Shown here one piece after another: positions 1 through 7,754 of a DNA stretch of 10,473 nt. The notes beneath the pieces are model-generated. The model was not told the origin of the DNA and ran no database searches. It was given only the letters and a program-made list of their open reading frames with translations. Position numbers and translations under genes: made by a program. How positions within the stretch are numbered: the first letter of the stretch is position 1; each line of letters starts with the position of its first letter. This DNA is from Giardia intestinalis (Eukaryota), in NCBI GenBank assembly GCA_000002435.2, contig AACB03000009.1; one strand, given 5' to 3'.

Positions 1-177
1 CCCCTGTGCGCTGCGCCGGCCGCCCCGCCCCACAGGCCCGGGCTGGAGTCAAGCTCAAAAGGGTCTTCTTGCCCCGCTGGCCGGCCCTCGCCCGTTCCCG
101 AGGCTGGAGGCTCGCGGAGGCGCGGCTCGGGACAGTGGGATCCTCGTTGGTCCATTCATGCACGTCGGAAATTGCCC

Positions 178-229
<52 letters not shown>

Positions 230-1945
230 AGGGCTTCGGCGGATCGCTTCACGGTGACGGTCGTGGCACTGGGCAGAAATCACGTCGCGCCAGCGCCGGG
301 TGCGGCCCTCGCGACGCTGTGTTTCTAGTAAACAGTCGGGATCCCCGCGTCCGTTCCAGTTCTGACCCGGCGCGCCGTCAGAGCCACTCCTTTTCCCGAG
401 GTTACGGAGCCGGCTTGCCGACTTCCCTGAGCCGCGTTCGCTCCCGCGCTAGAGGCTGCTGACCCCGGAGTCCTGCTGCGGTCGGTACGGCGCGCGGCCG
501 GCGCCCCCCGGCTTTTCAGGGGCGGCCGGGGACGCGCGGGGTCCGCCCCCGGGCCCCCCTCTCCGCGCAAGGCGTCCGGGGGCTGCGGGGCGTTCGCGGG
601 CCGGGGCGCCGCCCGCCGCGGTCCCCGTGCGCGTCGCCGGGGGGCGGGCGTCTCCGCGGGGGCCGCGCCTGCCGGAGTCTCCGCCGGCTCCCCGTTCGAC
701 GGGCGGGCACGCCCCTTCCCGGTCTTCACCCGCCGCTTAGGCCCGAGTCACCCGCGGCCAGATGCAGGCGCCGCGGAACCCGTCTCCCCCTCAGTCCTCC
801 GGGGCGCGGAGTAGCGGCTACTGCTGCCGAGATCTGCACCAGAGGCCGGTCCGGCGGGGCCTGCGCGCCGCCTTCGCCCCCGGGGCCTCTGCGGCCTCCT
901 ACCCGCCGCGCGCGGCGGCCGGGCGCGGGTCCGGGGCTCCGGCGCGCTCCATTTTCCGGGCCGGCCGATTCGGCTGGTGGGTTGTTACACACTCCCTGGA
1001 GGATGCCGACTTCTGGGGCCACCTTCCAGCTGTCGGGACCGGCCGACGCCGTTCCGCGGGCCCCGGCGGCGCACCCTGGCCCGGCGTCCGGATCGTCCCG
1101 CCTCGCCCGTCCTGCTTACCAGGAGGGGCCCACGCGCCGCCCGCATTCGCCCGCCCCGCCCAGGCCAGCGGCGGGGCGGCGCGGCCCTTCGGAGTTTGGG
1201 GGGCGGGCGAGGGGCAGGCCCCCCGCTCCCGCCGGCCAGCGCTCTACGGGCCGCAACTGCGGGGCGGCGGCTGTCCTGGGAGACATTTCGGAGGCAACCA
1301 GCTACCAGGCGGTTCGATGAGTCTTTCGCCCCCATGCCCGGCTCCGACGAGCGATCTGCGCGTCAGCACCGCGGCGGGCCTCCACCAGGCTTTCGCCCGG
1401 CCTCGCCCTCGCCGGGCATAGATCACCGCCTTTCGGGCCCACGCGCCGCGGCTCGGCCCGCGCACGCCCGCAGGGGCGCGGCGGGCCCGGGGCGTCTCGC
1501 GCTCGCTCCGCCGCGGGGGCTCCCTCGGGCTCGCCGCGGCGCGTGGCTCCTCGGTCCGTGTTTCGAGACGGGGCCGGCGGGCCGGCGGCCGGCCGGGTTC
1601 AGGTCTTTTGAGCGGCCGCAGGGCGTCCTTTTCACCGTTCGCTCGCGCTACTTGGTCCGCTATCGGTCCCGGGGCGTATTTAGCCTTGGAAGGGCCGCGC
1701 CTCCCTTCGCGCTGCACGCTCAAGCAGCGCTACTCGCCGCGCAGGCCCGGCGGCCGCCGTACGGGGCTTGCACCCTCTCGGGCGGGGCCCTCGGGCCCCC
1801 TCGCGGCGGGCCTGCGCCTGCGCCCCACAGCGCGCCTTCGGGGCGGGCTCCTCCCGCGTCGCTCGCCGCTACGGGGAATCCCGGTTGGTTTCTCCTCCGG
1901 GGCGTACTGATATGCTTAAGTTCCGCCCGTCGCCCCCGCCGCCTC
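1..1945 (-). rRNA. Large-subunit (28S-like) rRNA, 5' portion of about 1.95 kb. The 3' portion, including the sarcin-ricin loop, lies beyond the left edge of the window.
   Basis: The reverse complement contains ACGGGCGGAACTTAAGCATATCAGTACGCC (1898-1925), the LSU 5' ACCCGCTGAAYTTAAGCATAT region. It also contains CGAAAGACTCATCGAACCGCCTGGTAGCTGGTTGCCTCCGAAATGTCTCCCAGGACAGC (about 1260-1320), a conserved LSU domain II sequence. The 5' boundary of about 1945 is estimated from the usual 20-25 nt distance to the GCTGAA motif. Confidence 0.85.
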
Positions 1946-2011
1946 GGGCCGCGCAGCCCGGCGGGACCGCCCCGGGGCGCTCTCTGCGGCGCGGCGCGCG
2001 GCACGCGGCGG
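1946..2011 (-). other. ITS2 (internal transcribed spacer 2), about 65 nt; boundaries approximate.
   Basis: This is the interval between the inferred 5.8S 3' end and the LSU 5' end. It is GC-rich with no conserved rRNA motif. Confidence 0.45.
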
Positions 2012-2150
2012 GCGCCGAGGCGGCGGCGCCGGGGCGCGCTGCGTTCGAGGGTCGGTGCTTCTCGGGGCGGGCGGGTCCGCACCGCGTCTCGCGCTCCGCC
2101 GCGCTCTTCGTCGCCGCCCGGGCCGAGGCATCCGCCGGCGGGGCGTTCGG
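2012..2150 (-). rRNA. 5.8S rRNA, about 139 nt; ends ±10 nt.
   Basis: The minus strand reads CGCCGGCGGATGCCTCGGCCCGGGCGGCGACGAAGAGCGCCGGC...CCCTCGAACGCAGCGCGCCCC. This aligns with the universal 5.8S blocks CGGTGGATCACTCGGCTCGTGCGTCGATGAAGAACGCAGC and TTTGAACGCACATTGCGCCC. Confidence 0.65.
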
Positions 2151-2191
2151 GGGCCGACCGGGCCGCGGGGGCGACGCGCGGGGCGCGCGAG
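2151..2191 (-). other. ITS1, about 41 nt.
   Basis: This lies between the SSU 3' terminus (…GTAGGTGAACCTGCGGATGGATCC) and the inferred 5.8S start. Confidence 0.55.
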
Positions 2192-3640
2192 GGATCCATC
2201 CGCAGGTTCACCTACGGATACCTTGTTACGACTTCTCCTTCCTCCAGGCGCGGGGGCTCGCGGCCCTTCGCGCGTCCGGGGCGCTCGCCGCCGCGCCCAG
2301 TCGGTAGGAGCGACGGGCGGTGTGTACAAGGGGCAGGGACGCGTCCGGCGCGCGGTGGGGGCGGGCGCCTACAAGACATTCCTGGTGCGCGGGGGCGTTC
2401 CAGCCCGCGGTCCCGGCCACGGCGGGGGCTCCGCGCGTCCTCGCGGGCGCCGGCTGGCCCCGCCAGTGTAGCGCGCGTGCGGCCCAGGGCGTCTGAGGGC
2501 ATCACAGACCTGCTATCGCCCCGCCGTCCTCCCGCTCGCGCGGGCCGTCCCGCGGCGCCCGCGGCCGGGGTCTCGCTCGTTGTCGCAATGGAGCAGACGG
2601 CTCGCGCCACGGGCTGGGAGCGGCCATGCACCACCGCCCGCGCGATCGCGAAAGCGCGCCCGGCTGTCGGTCCTCCGCGCGTCCGGGCCTGGTGAGGTGC
2701 GCGCGTTGAGTCAGATTGAGCCGCAGACTCCACGTCTGGTGGTACCCCTCCGTCAATGCCTTCAAGTTTCAGCCTTGCGGCCATACTCCCCCCAGAGCCC
2801 GGAGCCTCCCGGTTTCCCTGGGCGGCCGGCGGGACGCGCGCGCCGGCCGCGGGGCGGCACCGTTTACGGCCGGGAATACGGTGGTGTCTGATCGCCTTCT
2901 AGCCCCCGGCCTTCGCCCTTGATTGACAGAGGCGGTCTTGGCAGGCGCCTGCGCGGCCGGCGGTCTCGGCGGGATCATCCTGTTTCACCCGTCCCCGGCC
3001 GGTACCGGTGCCCCCGCCCGCTCTCCTCGGGGCTGCCGCGGCGCGCCGCGCCCGCTGCGCGGTCCCACGCGGCGGGTCCAACGGGCCTGCCTGGAGCGCT
3101 CCCGTTTCCTCGTGGCGGCGGGGGGCCAACTACGGGCGTTTCAACTGCAGCAGCGCCGCGCGACGCTCGCCGAGCTGGAATTACCGCGGCTGCTGGCACC
3201 AGACCTTGCCCTCGGCTCCGCGGCGGGGGCTGTGGGCCCGCCTCGCTCGCGCGCTCCCCGTCGCTGCCTCGCGCGCCGCGCATTGGGCAAGTTCCGCGCC
3301 TGCTGCCGTCCTTGGATGTGCGGGCCGTCTCGCAGGCCCGCTCTCCGGAGTCGAACCCTGATTCTCCGCCAGGCGTCGGGCCCTCGGCGCGCCGCGACCG
3401 CGCCGACCGGGTGATGCCCCGGAAGCCCGGGCGGGCCGTCGCTGCGTCACGCTGCTCGCCCGCGGGCGCCCGCCCTTGCGCGCACGTCTTGGCGCCGGGT
3501 TGCCAGCGGTGTCCGGCTAGCAGGGACCGCCGCGGGGGGTGCAACCGTTGTCCTGAGCCGTCCGCCGCGTCCCGGGTGAGCGGGCATGCATGGCTTCGTC
3601 CTTGGGGAGAGCGTCGCGCTCCGGCAGGATCGACCGGATG
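2192..3640 (-). rRNA. Small-subunit (18S-type) rRNA, about 1449 nt. It is unusually short and lacks most eukaryotic expansion segments.
   Basis: The reverse complement of 3559-3640 is CATCCGGTCGATCCTGCCGGAGCGCGACGCTCTCCCCAAGGACGAAGCCATGCATGCCCGCTCACCCGGG, the SSU 5' end, equivalent to TACCTGGTTGATCCTGCCAG…AAGCCATGCATG. GGTGCCAGCAGCCGCGGTAATTC is present as a reverse complement at 3177-3199. GGCTGAAACTTGAAGGCATTGACGG is present as a reverse complement near 2745-2770. GTACACACCGCCCGTCGCTCCTACC is present as a reverse complement near 2296-2320. The 3' end is GTAGGTGAACCTGCGGATGGATCC, present as a reverse complement at 2192-2215. Confidence 0.92.
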
Positions 3641-3699
3641 GCCGGGCGCGGGCGCCGCGGGCCGGGCGCCTCCCTGCGCGGGGGCCGCCGCCTGGCACG

Positions 3700-3740
3700 G
3701 GGGCCGCCCCCTCCGTGCCCATGCCGTGTCGGGGGTCCCC
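3700..3740 (-). promoter_or_regulatory. Candidate RNA polymerase I initiator or core promoter for the SSU-5.8S-LSU precursor. The minus strand reads …GGCACTATAGGGGGGACCCC…, about 80-90 nt upstream of the mature SSU 5' end.
   Basis: A TATAGGG-type motif lies on the transcribed strand inside an AT-richer patch immediately 5' of the SSU. It resembles the (T)ATATAGGG-type Pol I start-site consensus seen in many plants and protists. This is inference only. Confidence 0.3.
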
Positions 3741-3800
3741 CCTATAGTGCCGGGCGGAGGCCGCCCCCCACAGCCCGGCCCGGGTCCGCCTGCACCACAC
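3722..3800. repeat. IGS subrepeat copy A (CCTATAGTGCC…CTGCACCACACTTTTTTGGATTCCCTTGGGG).
   Basis: An imperfect direct repeat of 3871-3952. The shared blocks are CCTATA(TA)GTGC, GCCGCCCCC(C)ACA, CTGCACCACA(C/T)TTTTT(T)G(G/A)A(T/A)TCCCTTGGGG. Confidence 0.7.
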
Positions 3801-3864
3801 TTTTTTGGATTCCCTTGGGGCCCTCTGCCCCCCTCCAAAAAACCGGCCCTCGCGAGATAAAGCA

Positions 3865-3892
3865 CCTTGTCCTATATAGTGCGTGACAGAAG
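3865..3892 (-). promoter_or_regulatory. Second TATAGG-type motif. The minus strand reads CGCACTATATAGGACAAGG, about 235 nt upstream of the SSU. It is a candidate spacer or duplicated promoter.
   Basis: A repeat-borne copy of the same motif class as at 3721-3730. Confidence 0.2.
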
Positions 3893-3952
3893 CCGCCCCC
3901 ACACACCCCCTGGAGTCCCCCTGCACCACATTTTTTTGAAATCCCTTGGGGG
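3871..3952. repeat. IGS subrepeat copy B (CCTATATAGTGCG…CTGCACCACATTTTTTTGAAATCCCTTGGGGG).
   Basis: A direct repeat of 3722-3800 about 149 bp downstream. The spurious ORF products PGSACTTLFWIPLG and PGVPLHHIFLKSLGG mirror the DNA similarity. Confidence 0.7.
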
Positions 3953-4850
3953 CGTCCGGGGGGCCGGGGGGCCGGTCCGCGGGGAGCGCCGGGGAGCCCG
4001 GGCGGACCCTGCAGGACTGCATATCACGGCAAACCCTCCTGTGCGGACCGCGTGTCCCGGGCTCCCTGCCGGTCGGGAGATCCGCGCCCCTCGTTCTCCG
4101 TCCACCGTGCCCCGGGGAGGCCCTTGACTGCAAAACGATCGAATTGGAGGCTGATTGTGCATCCGGGCGCTCTGGGGGCCCTCTCCGGGGAGACCGCCCG
4201 AAACGGCTTCTCGCGGGGATCTCAGCAGCCGTGGCTATATACGGTCCGTCTCTAACCTATATGATTGCTGGCAGCGGGAGGGCACTGCGTGGGGGGCGGC
4301 CCCCCGGAAGGGCGCGGTCCGAGGAGGGGCCCCCGACCGGCCCTGGACCGACTGGGGCAGCCCCGGGTGCTGTGCGTGCGCCTGGCTGCAGCGGGGCCAC
4401 GGGGCGCAGGAGGCCGCAGGAGAGACCGGAGTGTTTACTGGCCCGGGGGATCGGCTGCTCTGGGCCGTCCGGGGGTCCTTCCGCGCTCTCCCCGCGGTCC
4501 CCCGGTCTCCTGCACCGGGCCTCCCCAGCGCCCGTCCCCGCACGTGGGCGTGTCTCCCGGTCGTGCGTGGCCTGCTGGAGGCGCTGGGCCTCCCTGCCGC
4601 CCTCTCTGTCTGGATCCCCCGGGCCGCCTCCCCCGGGCCCCCTGCGGTCCTGCGCCGCCCCCCTGCGCACACGGGGTCTCTCTGTGCAAGGCAGACCCGG
4701 TGGTGGGCGTGCACTGCCCCCTGGCCACCCCTTGGGGCACCCTGCACTCCCTCAATCTTCTCTTTCCGCGCTCTGCCTGTCTGTCTGCCCCGCACCCCCC
4801 CAGAGCAAGTGGGCCGCGCGCCCCGCCCCGCGCTCTGCAGGCGCGTCCCT

Positions 4851-5105
4851 CAGGCGATCGCAGGGCTCTGCGCCGTACAGGAGCGCCGCGCCGGGTGGTC
4901 TCCCCGGGCGGGGGCCGCTCGGCGACGGGGCACGGGGCTGGGGCGCGCGGCCGGGCGGGGCGCGAGGCGGGGTGCGCGCTTAGAGGCGGTCAGCGCAGGG
5001 CCCCCGGGCGCGGCGGCGCGGCGCTGCCCGGCCGGGCAACCGCGGGGCTGGCGGCCCGCGGCGGGCGTTCCTCTCGTACTGGCCCGCCGTGCTCTGGCCC
5101 CGGGG

Positions 5106-5158
<53 letters not shown>

Positions 5159-5208
5159 CCTTGAACGGGTGAACAATCCGACGCTTCCGCGCCGGTGCGC
5201 GCGGACGG

Positions 5209-5241
<33 letters not shown>

Positions 5242-5259
5242 GCGTCGCTGCGGGCGCTC

Positions 5260-5298
<39 letters not shown>

Positions 5299-5740
5299 CC
5301 ACCTCCGCGCCCGCGGCCGGGGCGGCGAAGGATCGGTAGGCCCCGCTTTCGCGGCCCGCGCCGGCACGGGGGGCGCGGGTCGGGCGGGCTTGTGCCCTTC
5401 TGCTCCGCGGGAGGTCTCCGTCCTCGCTGAGCCCGCCGTGGGACGCCTGCGGTCCGGTGTAGCAGGCGCGCCGCCCCAGCCGAACTCCCCGCCCGGGCGG
5501 GTCCCCGCGCGACCGGGTGAGCGGGGCGGCGGCGGCCGTCAGGGTGTCTCAGGGGCGCGGCCTCCCCTGTGCGCTGCGCCGGCCGCCCCGCCCCACAGGC
5601 CCGGGCTGGAGTCAAGCTCAAAAGGGTCTTCTTGCCCCGCTGGCCGGCCCTCGCCCGTTCCCGAGGCTGGAGGCTCGCGGAGGCGCGGCTCGGGACAGTG
5701 GGATCCTCGTTGGTCCATTCATGCACGTCGGAAATTGCCC

Positions 5741-5792
<52 letters not shown>

Positions 5793-7508
5793 AGGGCTTC
5801 GGCGGATCGCTTCACGGTGACGGTCGTGGCACTGGGCAGAAATCACGTCGCGCCAGCGCCGGGTGCGGCCCTCGCGACGCTGTGTTTCTAGTAAACAGTC
5901 GGGATCCCCGCGTCCGTTCCAGTTCTGACCCGGCGCGCCGTCAGAGCCACTCCTTTTCCCGAGGTTACGGAGCCGGCTTGCCGACTTCCCTGAGCCGCGT
6001 TCGCTCCCGCGCTAGAGGCTGCTGACCCCGGAGTCCTGCTGCGGTCGGTACGGCGCGCGGCCGGCGCCCCCCGGCTTTTCAGGGGCGGCCGGGGACGCGC
6101 GGGGTCCGCCCCCGGGCCCCCCTCTCCGCGCAAGGCGTCCGGGGGCTGCGGGGCGTTCGCGGGCCGGGGCGCCGCCCGCCGCGGTCCCCGTGCGCGTCGC
6201 CGGGGGGCGGGCGTCTCCGCGGGGGCCGCGCCTGCCGGAGTCTCCGCCGGCTCCCCGTTCGACGGGCGGGCACGCCCCTTCCCGGTCTTCACCCGCCGCT
6301 TAGGCCCGAGTCACCCGCGGCCAGATGCAGGCGCCGCGGAACCCGTCTCCCCCTCAGTCCTCCGGGGCGCGGAGTAGCGGCTACTGCTGCCGAGATCTGC
6401 ACCAGAGGCCGGTCCGGCGGGGCCTGCGCGCCGCCTTCGCCCCCGGGGCCTCTGCGGCCTCCTACCCGCCGCGCGCGGCGGCCGGGCGCGGGTCCGGGGC
6501 TCCGGCGCGCTCCATTTTCCGGGCCGGCCGATTCGGCTGGTGGGTTGTTACACACTCCCTGGAGGATGCCGACTTCTGGGGCCACCTTCCAGCTGTCGGG
6601 ACCGGCCGACGCCGTTCCGCGGGCCCCGGCGGCGCACCCTGGCCCGGCGTCCGGATCGTCCCGCCTCGCCCGTCCTGCTTACCAGGAGGGGCCCACGCGC
6701 CGCCCGCATTCGCCCGCCCCGCCCAGGCCAGCGGCGGGGCGGCGCGGCCCTTCGGAGTTTGGGGGGCGGGCGAGGGGCAGGCCCCCCGCTCCCGCCGGCC
6801 AGCGCTCTACGGGCCGCAACTGCGGGGCGGCGGCTGTCCTGGGAGACATTTCGGAGGCAACCAGCTACCAGGCGGTTCGATGAGTCTTTCGCCCCCATGC
6901 CCGGCTCCGACGAGCGATCTGCGCGTCAGCACCGCGGCGGGCCTCCACCAGGCTTTCGCCCGGCCTCGCCCTCGCCGGGCATAGATCACCGCCTTTCGGG
7001 CCCACGCGCCGCGGCTCGGCCCGCGCACGCCCGCAGGGGCGCGGCGGGCCCGGGGCGTCTCGCGCTCGCTCCGCCGCGGGGGCTCCCTCGGGCTCGCCGC
7101 GGCGCGTGGCTCCTCGGTCCGTGTTTCGAGACGGGGCCGGCGGGCCGGCGGCCGGCCGGGTTCAGGTCTTTTGAGCGGCCGCAGGGCGTCCTTTTCACCG
7201 TTCGCTCGCGCTACTTGGTCCGCTATCGGTCCCGGGGCGTATTTAGCCTTGGAAGGGCCGCGCCTCCCTTCGCGCTGCACGCTCAAGCAGCGCTACTCGC
7301 CGCGCAGGCCCGGCGGCCGCCGTACGGGGCTTGCACCCTCTCGGGCGGGGCCCTCGGGCCCCCTCGCGGCGGGCCTGCGCCTGCGCCCCACAGCGCGCCT
7401 TCGGGGCGGGCTCCTCCCGCGTCGCTCGCCGCTACGGGGAATCCCGGTTGGTTTCTCCTCCGGGGCGTACTGATATGCTTAAGTTCCGCCCGTCGCCCCC
7501 GCCGCCTC
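4851..7508 (-). rRNA. Large-subunit (28S-like) rRNA, complete copy of about 2.6-2.7 kb. The 3' end, at the lower coordinate, is approximate.
   Basis: The sarcin-ricin loop AGTACGAGAGGAAC is present as a reverse complement at 5067-5080. CGTGAGCTGGGTTTAGACCGTCGTGAGACAGGTTAGTTTTACCC is present as a reverse complement at 5103-5146. GGATAACTGGCTTGTGGC is present as a reverse complement near 5268-5286. The 5' motifs are at 7461-7488, which is copy 1 plus 5563. Confidence 0.85.
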
Positions 7509-7574
7509 GGGCCGCGCAGCCCGGCGGGACCGCCCCGGGGCGCTCTCTGCGGCGCGGCGCGCGGCACGCGGCGG
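7509..7574 (-). other. ITS2, copy 2.
   Basis: Identical to 1946-2011 at offset 5563. Confidence 0.45.
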
Positions 7575-7713
7575 GCGCCGAGGCGGCGGCGCCGGGGCGC
7601 GCTGCGTTCGAGGGTCGGTGCTTCTCGGGGCGGGCGGGTCCGCACCGCGTCTCGCGCTCCGCCGCGCTCTTCGTCGCCGCCCGGGCCGAGGCATCCGCCG
7701 GCGGGGCGTTCGG
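7575..7713 (-). rRNA. 5.8S rRNA, copy 2.
   Basis: Identical to 2012-2150 at offset 5563. Confidence 0.65.
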
Positions 7714-7754
7714 GGGCCGACCGGGCCGCGGGGGCGACGCGCGGGGCGCGCGAG
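7714..7754 (-). other. ITS1, copy 2.
   Basis: Identical to 2151-2191 at offset 5563. Confidence 0.55.

Larger units (their letters stand above)
3641..4850 (-). other. Intergenic spacer (IGS/NTS plus a short 5' ETS) between the SSU 5' end of copy 1 and the LSU 3' end of copy 2. The right-hand boundary, which is the LSU 3' end, is uncertain by about ±80 bp.
   Basis: No conserved rRNA motifs are present. The region contains subrepeats, AT-rich islands and all of the differences between copies. The LSU 3' end is placed about 220-240 nt from the sarcin-ricin loop (5067-5080), following the usual LSU architecture. Confidence 0.6.
1..5563 (-). repeat. rDNA tandem repeat unit, copy 1. The window starts inside the LSU gene. 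The unit order on the minus strand is SSU, ITS1, 5.8S, ITS2, LSU, IGS.
   Basis: The ORF translations are identical between 6..200 and 5569..5763. Sequence is identical at offset 5563 through to the SSU 5' end. All eukaryotic rRNA signature motifs are present in reverse complement. Confidence 0.9.

Noticed and set aside
977-2695. A 572-aa ORF on the + strand, the longest in the window, plus many other ORFs of 100-350 aa on both strands. Examples are 2919..3860 +, 2975..3865 -, 3946..4983 +, 4155..5117 +, 4265..5143 +, 3447..4133 -, and their copy-2 duplicates.
   Set aside because: All overlap, or are antisense to, well-supported rRNA genes or the spacer. Their products are low-complexity Arg/Pro/Ala/Gly strings, as expected from translating DNA that is about 75% G+C, where TAA, TAG and TGA are rare. 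There is no start-codon context, no domain-like sequence, and there are mutually overlapping ORFs in several frames. The duplicated ORF pairs are simply the two rDNA units, not paralogous genes.
3715-3732. The minus-strand sequence CACTATAGGGGGG resembles the 3' half of a bacteriophage T7 promoter (…CACTATAGGG).
   Set aside because: Only 10 nt match. The essential upstream TAATACGACT part is absent. The context is a native rDNA spacer, not a vector. I retained it instead as a candidate Pol I TATAGG-type initiator.
4287-4306. A GGGGGGCGGCCCCCC near-palindrome, a G6/C6 hairpin with a CGG loop.
   Set aside because: It is a short, isolated inverted repeat. At this GC content such hairpins arise by chance, and it has no repeat-borne counterpart or positional argument for function.
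3641-4850. The possibility that the spacer ORFs (for example 3447..4133 -, 228 aa, against 9010..9726 -, 238 aa, which differ between copies) represent a fast-evolving spacer-encoded protein.
   Set aside because: The differences between them are caused by 1-bp homopolymer indels that shift reading frames. That is incompatible with a conserved coding function. The composition is the same as that of the other artefactual ORFs.
3641-4850. A 5S rRNA gene or tRNA in the spacer.
   Set aside because: No 5S box-A/box-C-like or tRNA cloverleaf-compatible sequence is recognisable. The spacer, about 1.2 kb, is low-complexity GC-rich DNA apart from the motifs reported above. A CM search would be needed for a definitive negative.
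4851-7508. Insertion of an R1/R2-type non-LTR retrotransposon or a group I intron into the LSU or SSU genes.
   Set aside because: Both LSU copies and both SSU copies are continuous across the conserved target regions. These are the SRL/GGATAACTGGCTTGTGGC region and the SSU 515 and 1492 regions. There are no extra kilobase-scale segments. The gene lengths are at or below canonical values.
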